A DNA stretch of 31,570 nt from an uncultured Gammaproteobacteria bacterium (lineage in GTDB: Bacteria > Patescibacteriota > Patescibacteriia > Patescibacteriales > UBA12465): positions 30,130 through 61,699 of the forward strand of contig CAYSIJ010000001.1 in the NCBI GenBank assembly GCA_964431155.1, written 5' to 3'. A program made the position numbers and the translations under genes. The number at the start of each line of letters is the position of its first letter. Position 1 is the stretch's first letter. The notes beneath the pieces were generated by a model. It worked only from the letters and a program-made list of their open reading frames with translations. It was not told where the DNA came from and searched no databases. Shown one piece after another: positions 16,063 to 25,367 of this stretch.

Positions 16063-19000
16063 TTAAAAATTATCACCGGAAATTTGGGTTGATAAATGAT
16101 AGATGAGATTACCAAAAATTTTATACTCTTCGGGCTTTAAAGCGGCGCCATTGTTATGCCCCAATTGAATTGAAGCGACGCGATTGCAAACACTTGCCCA
16201 GGAATAAGTTGGCGAAGTCGGAATATGGAAAATATTTGTTAATAAGGAGCTAGCTGCCGAACAAGCCGAACCGCCGCATTGCGGGCCACAAGCACTATTA
16301 GCCGCTTTCAATAAATAAGATGGCTGCCAAGTATTGACCGTAATGTTACCAGTAGAAAGCGAGAATATCTCTCTGGAATTATTGGCGTGAACAATCATGG
16401 TGGCATTTACTGGAGAAAAAGTATTGGGAACTGTCCCCGAATAGTCGCTGAAGATTGTTCCATTTAGAGTTTTCCCGCCAAAAACCACCATCCCACCATT
16501 TTTAATAAAGTTTTCTACTAAAACACGGGCCAAGGGATCAGGATAACTCAAATTATTTCCCATTCCGAAAACAATGAGGTTGTATTTTTCCAAAATATTT
16601 CCTACTGGTAAATATGAAGTTGGACTGGAATTAAACACATTCATCGACACTGTATCAACAGAATAATCTACCTGACCGGAAGTATCGTTATCAACAATAG
16701 CGACATTGTCCCGGAAAGAAGAATCGGTTGGATTATTTCCCAGAGTATTTAAAATGGCCTTAACGGAAATTGTATTTGCGGCTCCAGAACTATTTCCAGC
16801 ATAAACCTGAAGAATTTTTAATTGGCGAGCAATTTTACAACGATTATTGCAGTATTCTCCGAGATAGGCCTGGACTGAATATGGGTCGCCGGGATCGCAT
16901 TGTTCTCCCTGATTATTCTGGACTATTCCATCACCGCAATATGAACAATCCGTATGACAATATTGATTTGTATTAAAACCAGGATCATAAACTTCGTGAT
17001 CATCAGTGGTAAAAGTGCTATCTATGGAACCACAAATTCCATCGCCGCAATAGCCGCCGGTCGCTCGGCAATAATTGTTAGAAGTAATTGGATTTGGAGT
17101 AGTAGAACCAACGCCGGTGGTGCAAGAATACTGGCGAGAAGCCGAACTATCAGCCACATTGAGAGCGACTCCGCCGACACCGTCACACTCTTCCATTCCG
17201 TCATTATAAATTCCCCCTCTTTTTTCTTGATTCGGCGCCTGTTTAATTCCATCGCCGCAATAGCTATTAATCTTCAAAACGAAACTCTTGGTGGCAGAAG
17301 CACCGTATTCATTGGTCGCAGTAATGGTGATAGGAAATTCGCTTTGAGGCGCTGGGGTTGACGTACCCGTTGAAGTGTTTCTAGTTTCATCATATTCATC
17401 AAACCTGCTAGCATAATTAGCCTCTTCTTCAGAAGTAACGACTGAGAGATTGCCGCTCGTGTTATTTGTATCAAGTGCGGGGTTAGTTCTCTGAAAACAG
17501 ACTTGTTGTTTGGTTGCTTGCTGGTTAGCGGCTGGTGCGCCCAGAGATTCGGCGAAAGCCTCTTTGATTTGCAAAACATTCTTCGCCCAAGTAACAACTC
17601 TAAGGACTGGAGATAAAAGAGCGGAAGGAAGAATATTATTTTCCTCCTGCATTTCTTGTTGTTGGCTTTCTAATTGTGATTCTGCTTTCAAGATAACACT
17701 TTTCAAAACATCATCATATTTCTTAAAAAATGATTCTTGAAGAGTGGCTGCATTTTCCTGGTCATTTTCTGAAACAAATTTTTGATAGGATTGAGTGCTA
17801 CAAGGAAAATTACGGTTGATTGTCGGTGGAGTAGGAGGAACACCTAAGGCATTGCCGCTAATTCTCACCGTTCCAACCTTGCTGGGGTCAGTAGAGGTTG
17901 ATAAATTAGTTCCCGTCAAACCGGCAACTGAATAAGTAATATCGTGATCTTTGCTGTTTAAAAGTTTCACTACACAATCATAGGCCCCGAACTTTCGGAC
18001 ATTTTCTTCACATTGATAATCAAAAACTGGCTTATCTTGTTTTAAATTAATTATAAAATCTTTCACCGAGGAACCGCCTGATGAGTTGTTGAGAGTAACC
18101 CGATAATTTAAGACTTTATTTGAACCAGCAGGAACATCTATTCTTCCACTATTTTGAAAAATAGTGACCTTGAATCTGCCCCTTTCAATCTTTTCAATTT
18201 TTGACTCCAAGCCACTTGGTAAAATGCCGGATGAACCACCACTAAGAGACGGCCGTGTATAGCTTAAAGTGTAATTTGGAGTGCCGGAATCGGAAACTGA
18301 ATCATCATTCAAATAGAATGAATAACTTAATCTATTATTGTTCAAAATAAAATCGGAGTTTTCTGCCTCAATTTTTGGCTTTGACTTGCTAATGGTAATT
18401 TTAAAAACTTTGGTTTGCTGTCCGAGCCGATTGTCAGAAACCTTGATGCTAATTTCTGCCGCGCCAACAGTCAAAGCCTTTCTTGAATAAACTTTTTTCT
18501 GATTTGGATTATTAGTGTCAACCAAAGTGACGCCGCCATCAAAAATGCTTGCGCCCGATATCACCGAAAGCTCCCAGGTCAATGGGTTGCCGCTTGGATT
18601 TGCTACCTTGATAAAACCGCTAAACTCCTGACCGAGCTCGCCTTGAAGATTCGCCGCTTCAAAAACTGGGTTAACCGGAGAGGTTGGGGCATCAATTTTC
18701 ACACTACAAGCCCCCTGACTCAAAAGCCTGTCAACAGTATTATAATTATTCACCGAATCAGCACTACCGTGAGTCTCCATTGAGGCACACAAACTATATT
18801 TGGCGCCACTATTTTCTGATTGATAAGCCATGACTAAACTATTATTCGGAAACTCTAGTGGATTAGTTTTAGCGGCAAAAGTGCTTAGGTTTTTATTCCA
18901 ACAGGTGACAGCATCAAAACCTGGGCATTGGCCTAGTTTGTTAACTGGATCAACTAATGATTTATCAAGACCTAATTGAGCACCAAAAGTACTCTGCCAG

Positions 19001-19719
19001 CTTGGCCAAGTAGAAATAGTTAGATGAGGGAGATAACTACCTGATGGTAAATCCGGAAAACGACCGTTTTTTTCTTGATAATTTTTTAAGGATTCTTTTA
19101 TCTCAGCCAAAACTGACAAACGTTTTACATCGCGGGTAATTTTGGCTTTTAAGCTATCGCAAAATCCCTTGCCAAGACAATCGCCATCAACCAAACAAGT
19201 GGAGGTTGCCGCCACCGTAATCGCACACTTTCCAGGAGCCGCTAAATTATTATTGAATTTCCAATTAGCAATAATCTGGCCGAGCGCATCGGTGGTGCCA
19301 GGCTTTGAATCTTGGTTATAAGAGATTAGATAAATGTTGGTGTGAATGATATTTCCTAAAACATTGGTGGCATTAACATAAACTGTCCGGCCATCGCGGA
19401 TTGCTTCATAGCCATCAACAATCAAAAATTGCGGCGATCCGGAAAAACCTTTTTCGCGATACCAGCGTTCAATTCCATAATGCTCATCGTTTGGCAGAAT
19501 TCTAATTGCCACCGCATCCAAACTTTCACCTGATACGGCCTGAAAATGATCACTAGCATCAACGGCGGAATCTATCTCAGCTGCAGTCTGGTCGGCAGCC
19601 TGGCAAGGATTATTTACCAAGAAGAAACAACTGACAACCAACAAAAATAACCCAGCTGACAACAAAAAAGGCTGGTAATTTTTACCTCTATTAAACCGCT
19701 GGAACATTATTGGTTTCAT
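16063..19719 (-). CDS. 1218-aa secreted Cys-rich surface protein: pilin-like helix, Ig-like repeats, CGDG (DUF4215/Myxococcus Cys-rich-like) repeats, C-terminal class-I-GATase-like fold
   Basis: Signal peptide ending CQA; RDVKRLSVLAEIKESLKNYQEKNGRFP; three YCGDGI repeats; LKILQVY...YNLIVFG...FIKNGGMVVFG. Confidence 0.7.
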   Translation of the reverse strand: MKPIMFQRFNRGKNYQPFLLSAGLFLLVVSCFFLVNNPCQAADQTAAEIDSAVDASDHFQAVSGESLDAVAIRILPNDEHYGIERWYREKGFSGSPQFLIVDGYEAIRDGRTVYVNATNVLGNIIHTNIYLISYNQDSKPGTTDALGQIIANWKFNNNLAAPGKCAITVAATSTCLVDGDCLGKGFCDSLKAKITRDVKRLSVLAEIKESLKNYQEKNGRFPDLPSGSYLPHLTISTWPSWQSTFGAQLGLDKSLVDPVNKLGQCPGFDAVTCWNKNLSTFAAKTNPLEFPNNSLVMAYQSENSGAKYSLCASMETHGSADSVNNYNTVDRLLSQGACSVKIDAPTSPVNPVFEAANLQGELGQEFSGFIKVANPSGNPLTWELSVISGASIFDGGVTLVDTNNPNQKKVYSRKALTVGAAEISIKVSDNRLGQQTKVFKITISKSKPKIEAENSDFILNNNRLSYSFYLNDDSVSDSGTPNYTLSYTRPSLSGGSSGILPSGLESKIEKIERGRFKVTIFQNSGRIDVPAGSNKVLNYRVTLNNSSGGSSVKDFIINLKQDKPVFDYQCEENVRKFGAYDCVVKLLNSKDHDITYSVAGLTGTNLSTSTDPSKVGTVRISGNALGVPPTPPTINRNFPCSTQSYQKFVSENDQENAATLQESFFKKYDDVLKSVILKAESQLESQQQEMQEENNILPSALLSPVLRVVTWAKNVLQIKEAFAESLGAPAANQQATKQQVCFQRTNPALDTNNTSGNLSVVTSEEEANYASRFDEYDETRNTSTGTSTPAPQSEFPITITATNEYGASATKSFVLKINSYCGDGIKQAPNQEKRGGIYNDGMEECDGVGGVALNVADSSASRQYSCTTGVGSTTPNPITSNNYCRATGGYCGDGICGSIDSTFTTDDHEVYDPGFNTNQYCHTDCSYCGDGIVQNNQGEQCDPGDPYSVQAYLGEYCNNRCKIARQLKILQVYAGNSSGAANTISVKAILNTLGNNPTDSSFRDNVAIVDNDTSGQVDYSVDTVSMNVFNSSPTSYLPVGNILEKYNLIVFGMGNNLSYPDPLARVLVENFIKNGGMVVFGGKTLNGTIFSDYSGTVPNTFSPVNATMIVHANNSREIFSLSTGNITVNTWQPSYLLKAANSACGPQCGGSACSAASSLLTNIFHIPTSPTYSWASVCNRVASIQLGHNNGAALKPEEYKIFGNLIYHLSTQISGDNF

Positions 19720-19747
19720 ATTTTCAAGAAAAAATTAAGTTAAGATA

Positions 19748-19756
19748 ATTATACCA
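19748..19756 (-). promoter_or_regulatory. Internal extended -10 promoter upstream of the 1218-aa gene
   Basis: TGgTATAAT immediately after the stop codon of the 1862-aa gene. Confidence 0.55.
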
Positions 19757-19760
19757 CAAA

Positions 19761-22700
19761 TTATTTATTACTGAAAAAATAATATTCTTTTAAAATATCC
19801 CAGATGCATAAACCGCCGGAACAATTGGCGTCCGAAGAACAAGACTGAGCATTGTTATTACTACAAACCTTACTTGGACTTTTTGGAATAGCACTCTCGG
19901 AAATTTCCGGCAAATCATCACTTGTACCTGGCTTCCCCGCATCGCGACAATAATAAAAATCGTAATTAAAAGGATTGTTCGCGAAATTATTTTTATCACG
20001 CCACGGTGCCCAAGTGCCATCGGATTTTATTCTTGGCCAAGGATTCGCGCAAATAAAGACAAACAGCTCAGAACTGGATTTTTCTCCATTACCGCCGAAA
20101 TATTGATTACCGGTGGACATTTCCACGGTGGAATAAAGCAAAGTCTTGCCATCGTTAATTTTGTCAGCCGCAGTCGCAATAATTTTATTAGCCATTAATG
20201 AAACAGTAGTTGTAGAAATTAAGGAAGGATTTTCTGATTTGAATACCCAGGTCCAATTATAGCCAGTAACAGGATTTAATAGTTGATCATCAATACTATA
20301 AGCATTGGCTTCAAAAACTTTGTCACGATCACGCCTGGAATCAAACGAGGCATTTCCAGGGGTGTCATCAGCTGAATCATTGGCGGCCGTGGAAAACAAG
20401 TATTGATTAGGGACTAAGGTTGTATAATCAATTTCACAAATATCAGCTCTGGTGGTAAAAGTACTGACAAAAGCCTTGTATAGGTTATTGTTTATTTTTG
20501 CTTTAATTGCTCCTTGGTAAAACCCGCTATCTTGAGGCTGGCTAGCATATTTTTTGATATTCTGATCTATAACTTCGCCTATCTCTTCCCTTCTGATATT
20601 TAAATCACCTAGCTCCATAGAAAAATCTTGGACGTCAAGTTCCAGGCTAGACTTTAACATTTTAGAGCGAATTTCTCTTATCTTTTTCTTTAATTCTTCT
20701 AGCTCTTCAATTTGTGTTCCTAAATCCTTCCAGTTTGCGCCATTGACAGCTTTGGCAATCATCAAACCTGTATTATTTCTCCGTTTTTCTGCTTCATCCA
20801 ACAGATCATTAGTTGCTAAGATTTCGTTAAAATTTTTATTGATTTCGGCATCAGAAACTTTTTTCTGATAATTTTTAATCTGATTCTCGTACTCTTTTAA
20901 GTCACTATGGAGAACCTGAAAATCTGCTGTTGAAAAACCGGAATCATCCACAACACTCATCCCAACACCATCGCCACTCAAAACACCGTCCGCCGGAGAA
21001 TTTTCCTGGTTATTTCCCCTGACAAAAATTAAATATTTTTGACCACTCTTGAGCACAGCTTTTGGCTTAATAAGCGCAACTGTGGTCGTGGCAAAGTTTT
21101 TCACCCGATCCACAGCTTCAACATTGATGGGGACTTGGCAATAAGTATGATTAGCGGTATTGTCAGCCAAGGCTTTGTCTTTCTTGAAAATATTAAAAAA
21201 TGAAATAATTATTTTTTCAACACCCTGATAGGCTTTGACAAAAATATTTTCTTTTAAATTATCGGCTGCCAAAGGGGTGCTAGTCGGACACTTGAAGCCG
21301 GCCACATGCTCTTCCAAAAGTTTTACATTATTACTATTAAGACTGGTGCCAATCATGATGCGATCAAAATTGATTTGAAGAGCAGCGTTTCGGCAAACTC
21401 CAGTGCTGTCAGCAGCCGGGGAAACGCCGCTGATTGTTGGCTTGGGATAGCAACAAGAATCCACACCACAACCACTTAGACCAACCCCGCCGGGATTACA
21501 TTCACCATCATTAGAGCAACCACAACAAAGACCGCGTGAAGCACCACTGCAGTCTCCTTTGTTGGAAAGGCAGGATAATTTTGAATTGATTGCTTTGCAA
21601 GCGGTATCCGTTTTTGGATTACAACAGCAAACCCCACATTCACCGCCTGCTGAAGGCGCTGCGGAAGTTATTGTTCCGCCAGTGGAAGTTAGGCAAGAAA
21701 GATTTGACGTGGCGCCAAAAACCCCGGAACAAATTGAAGTATCGCATGTATAATTATTAGTGGTTTTCCCGGCAGTGCCACAACTTAGACCCAGGCCAGT
21801 GTTGCCGCCCGATGGTTTACAATTAGCTTCGCAAGCTGTGATGGAAGAATAGGTGCCATTTCTTCCAGGAGTACTGGAAGCACATTTATTATTTTCTGTA
21901 ATTGCATTATTTGGATCAGAGCAATTGTAATAAGCGCAATATCCTGGATCACTAGGAATTAAATTTCCAACACCACCGCGACAGACTGGCCCACCAGTCG
22001 CCTTGGCATCCAAACAGCAAACGGAAGAATGCGCCATGCATTCATCAGTGTCCAAAGTAGCACAATCGACGCAAGCACCGGTCGGGAAAGCCCCAGAAGT
22101 CGCACAGAACTGACCATTGTGACCTGAACAGTTGCAGGCAGCATCTCTGGAGTCAGTGTCGGCTCCGGCCGCAAAGCAACCAGAACATTTGCCAAATCCC
22201 GAATTGTCAGTTGGATTGGTATCAGAACCGCAAGTTCCACCACAAGTTAATGGCGCACAGCAATCTTGGTTACCATTGCTAATTTGGCAACAACATTCGC
22301 AAGAAGGTGCTTCGTCAATAACACACTCCCCCGAGGAATTACAAGTCTCTCCGCCTTTACATTGCAAATCAATTTTACATTTTCCCTCTAAGCATTTTTC
22401 TGTATTCTCACACAATGAACAATTATTACTAGTTTTTAGATCTACAGTGGAGGCACCTTTAGCGCAAAGGCCGCCATTTATTTTTATCCAACCATTGATA
22501 CAAGTGGTGTTTGAGCTATAAACTAGACGTTGGCGATTTTCATATTCTGGTAAAACTTTACAGAAAGAGCCTATTTTTTCTGTGTCGCTACAAATTTTTT
22601 CTGGATTTTTAATGCAACTGCCGTTAACGACAGAATAACCACTCGGACAACAAGGTCCTTTTGGCGCCGCGACTACTGTTGAACCGGAAGAACATTTACC

Positions 22701-25349
22701 AGGCACATTTGGACAAGTGCTACTAGTTTGGCAGGAGCCAACTTCTTTGGAAACACCGAGGCAGCTATCAAAAGTGCTAGGTGGAGGAGTAGTGGGATTT
22801 GTGATATCTATTGTCCCGAGTTTAGTGCTAAAAGCCCATTCAAAAACTGAATTTTTAACATCACCCACACAATCAGCAAGATCGCTCACACACTGGCCTT
22901 TCAAAGAAGTGGTTACTGGACAACAAAATTTTCCCGACGAGCAATCGGAATTTTTTCCGCAAGCACCAACTTGAAAATTAACTGGGTTACTATCCTCTAA
23001 TCTTACTAACCCGGAAACCGCGGCGGCAGGAACAAGCACTTCTGCTTTATTAGTTTTATTGCTAATTGAAATTGTAGAAGCAGCAGCAATTGAATTAAAA
23101 TAAACCTTCACGGCAGAACCACTTGATCCAAAATTTTCTCCAAAAAGTGTTGTCGTGGAATTTGCCGGACCGCGGCTAGGATCAATTTTACAAATTCCTG
23201 GTTTCAATTTTTCATTAGAATCAAAATAAAAAGATAGGTTGTTTGAGGAAGAATGCATTTCCCAGGAATCAGTTTTGATCATTACATCGCTTTTTTGCGG
23301 ATTAATTCCGTCAGGAGCTTTAACAAGAATCTGCTTATCCGACCAGAGATCGGCCGCACATTCGCTTGGAAAAGTATAAACCGCTTCTTTACTACCGAAA
23401 AACACTTTGCCATTTCCACGGTTATCACCAAAATTACTGCCGCTGATTGTAACATATTGTCCTACTGGACCTCTATCGGGAGAAATCGCCGAAATATTTG
23501 GAGCCGCGGGAAGATCGTTCAGCTTTTCAAAAAATAAAAAATTACTTTTTGGTTTTCCATTGCTGACAAAAATACTATTATTACCAACTGCCAAAACAGG
23601 AACGGCGGCACTAGCCTTGGTGTCACTAGCAAATTTTCCCTGACCATTAAGATTTTTTTGATAATCACCAAAAAATACCGAACCATTGCCAAAGTTATTT
23701 CCAAAAAGAGAAATAACTTCGTTGGTCTGCGCAGCGCTTGGCGACAACCTGCAAAGACCAGGACGAGAAATCCCATTCTTTAAAAAATCTTTAATTTTTG
23801 GTCCATTGTCGTCATCTGTCGTTTCTATTTCATTGAACCGCGACCGGATTTCAATTTTGCCGTTTTGGACATCATCAGGAACGACGACAATAATTTGATT
23901 AGCACTGAAACTTGAACATTGGGAATATATTTCCGAGGCAGTTTTAACTGTTACTCCGCCGATAGTAATTGAGCGTCCAGCGGTTTCATCAACAATTTTC
24001 AGATCATCAATAAACAAGGAAGTCCCGTTGCCAGTCGGCCCACCAACCAAAACAAAACGCATTTTTGGGCTCCCAATTTTTGGCGAATTACCAAGTGAAA
24101 AAAATATTGTTCTTTGGTTGCTATATTGTCCTGGGATAATCTCAGTGATTTTTTTGTCATCAAAATAAATTTCTAAACGATTAGTTAGTTCCCCTTCAAA
24201 AGTAATTTGCCCACCGTACTGACGACCATCTTGAAAACCAACTTTTTCCAGATCATAAAAAACTTCGGCATTGGCATCAGTGCCATCAACATTCCCTGGT
24301 TTCTGCCAGAAAAGTAACGACATAGACTCTTTAATCGGCGTTTTTGCAAAAGAAATTTTAGCCGCATCGCCGGCTTTCAAATCGCCAAAATTGGGACTGC
24401 CAATGCTTCCGCCCTCAGGATAGCTATCAAATTTTTCCTCAAAAATTTCCTTACCTGATGGCTTATTAAAATTTTTACCAAGAATCGTTAAAAGATTTCC
24501 TGGCTTGCCATTTGGCGTAATGGTGTTACAAGTGGAACTTGGGCAGTCAGCATTTGTGTCACAAGGCCTGTTATAATTATTTTCACAAAAACCGCCCGCC
24601 GGGCTAACACTCAAAATAGTAATTGGCCCCTCACAAACACAAGAACCAGTATTACAGGTTAAACCATCAGCGCAATTATTTCCATTAACATCGCAGGAGC
24701 CGTCTTCTTTAAAACCGCAAGAATCACCCGATTGGCTTTTGTCTTCACATAAGCAATTATTATTACAAATCTTATCCGGTGAACCGCAAAGATTGTCGTT
24801 TGGTGTGCAAGAACCCAAATTAGAACCACCATTGCAGCTTATTGGGGTAGACGTTGAGTTTGTACAATCATAACCTGAACAAGTCGGATTACCACCGTCG
24901 CAGACAATATGCCCACCGCAGAAACAAGGGGTGCCGGCCACGCAAGCTCCTCCCGGATAAATGGAATTACCACCATTATTGCCATCGCCTAATAACCTAT
25001 TAATTACAAAATAAGCGATTCCCCAGGCGGATAAAATAATAATTAAACCAATTAAACCAGATCTTAGAATTTTTTTTGCTTTGGTGATTTGTTCTTCACT
25101 ACCATTACTCTTCATCCAAACAAACCCTCCCCAAAGAATAATACTAACGGCAATAATTCCCAAAAACATCAATGAGAGGTTGATAATTCGGACCGCCATA
25201 TCACGCGGGTCACTCGCTGATAAGTTTATGTCGGCTCCTACTTGGTCCACCCCAGTATCAACCGTGGTTGCAGCCAAAGCCAAACGAGCGCCAAAAAGCA
25301 CAGTAAAACAAAAAATCGCGCTTAATAAAATTTTACTAGATTTTTTCAT
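19761..25349 (-). CDS. 1862-aa surface protein: N-terminal TrbC/VirB2-like (T4SS-type) pilin, Cys-rich modules, IPT/TIG repeats, SbsA-like Ig domain
   Basis: MAVRIINLSLMFLGIIAVSIILWGGFVWMKSNGSEEQITKAKKILRSGLIGLIIILSAWGI (pilin hairpin); repeated (I/L)SPxxG..TLxGxNFG TIG starts; ISGVSPAADSTGVCRNAALQINFD; dozens of Cys. Confidence 0.8.
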   Translation of the reverse strand: MKKSSKILLSAIFCFTVLFGARLALAATTVDTGVDQVGADINLSASDPRDMAVRIINLSLMFLGIIAVSIILWGGFVWMKSNGSEEQITKAKKILRSGLIGLIIILSAWGIAYFVINRLLGDGNNGGNSIYPGGACVAGTPCFCGGHIVCDGGNPTCSGYDCTNSTSTPISCNGGSNLGSCTPNDNLCGSPDKICNNNCLCEDKSQSGDSCGFKEDGSCDVNGNNCADGLTCNTGSCVCEGPITILSVSPAGGFCENNYNRPCDTNADCPSSTCNTITPNGKPGNLLTILGKNFNKPSGKEIFEEKFDSYPEGGSIGSPNFGDLKAGDAAKISFAKTPIKESMSLLFWQKPGNVDGTDANAEVFYDLEKVGFQDGRQYGGQITFEGELTNRLEIYFDDKKITEIIPGQYSNQRTIFFSLGNSPKIGSPKMRFVLVGGPTGNGTSLFIDDLKIVDETAGRSITIGGVTVKTASEIYSQCSSFSANQIIVVVPDDVQNGKIEIRSRFNEIETTDDDNGPKIKDFLKNGISRPGLCRLSPSAAQTNEVISLFGNNFGNGSVFFGDYQKNLNGQGKFASDTKASAAVPVLAVGNNSIFVSNGKPKSNFLFFEKLNDLPAAPNISAISPDRGPVGQYVTISGSNFGDNRGNGKVFFGSKEAVYTFPSECAADLWSDKQILVKAPDGINPQKSDVMIKTDSWEMHSSSNNLSFYFDSNEKLKPGICKIDPSRGPANSTTTLFGENFGSSGSAVKVYFNSIAAASTISISNKTNKAEVLVPAAAVSGLVRLEDSNPVNFQVGACGKNSDCSSGKFCCPVTTSLKGQCVSDLADCVGDVKNSVFEWAFSTKLGTIDITNPTTPPPSTFDSCLGVSKEVGSCQTSSTCPNVPGKCSSGSTVVAAPKGPCCPSGYSVVNGSCIKNPEKICSDTEKIGSFCKVLPEYENRQRLVYSSNTTCINGWIKINGGLCAKGASTVDLKTSNNCSLCENTEKCLEGKCKIDLQCKGGETCNSSGECVIDEAPSCECCCQISNGNQDCCAPLTCGGTCGSDTNPTDNSGFGKCSGCFAAGADTDSRDAACNCSGHNGQFCATSGAFPTGACVDCATLDTDECMAHSSVCCLDAKATGGPVCRGGVGNLIPSDPGYCAYYNCSDPNNAITENNKCASSTPGRNGTYSSITACEANCKPSGGNTGLGLSCGTAGKTTNNYTCDTSICSGVFGATSNLSCLTSTGGTITSAAPSAGGECGVCCCNPKTDTACKAINSKLSCLSNKGDCSGASRGLCCGCSNDGECNPGGVGLSGCGVDSCCYPKPTISGVSPAADSTGVCRNAALQINFDRIMIGTSLNSNNVKLLEEHVAGFKCPTSTPLAADNLKENIFVKAYQGVEKIIISFFNIFKKDKALADNTANHTYCQVPINVEAVDRVKNFATTTVALIKPKAVLKSGQKYLIFVRGNNQENSPADGVLSGDGVGMSVVDDSGFSTADFQVLHSDLKEYENQIKNYQKKVSDAEINKNFNEILATNDLLDEAEKRRNNTGLMIAKAVNGANWKDLGTQIEELEELKKKIREIRSKMLKSSLELDVQDFSMELGDLNIRREEIGEVIDQNIKKYASQPQDSGFYQGAIKAKINNNLYKAFVSTFTTRADICEIDYTTLVPNQYLFSTAANDSADDTPGNASFDSRRDRDKVFEANAYSIDDQLLNPVTGYNWTWVFKSENPSLISTTTVSLMANKIIATAADKINDGKTLLYSTVEMSTGNQYFGGNGEKSSSELFVFICANPWPRIKSDGTWAPWRDKNNFANNPFNYDFYYCRDAGKPGTSDDLPEISESAIPKSPSKVCSNNNAQSCSSDANCSGGLCIWDILKEYYFFSNK

Positions 25350-25367
25350 AAAATAATTTCTGGAAAT

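Noticed and set aside
16059-16115. Upstream start of the 159-aa ORF
   Set aside because: It overlaps the 3' end of the 1218-aa gene; ATG 16058 fits the tight gene spacing better.
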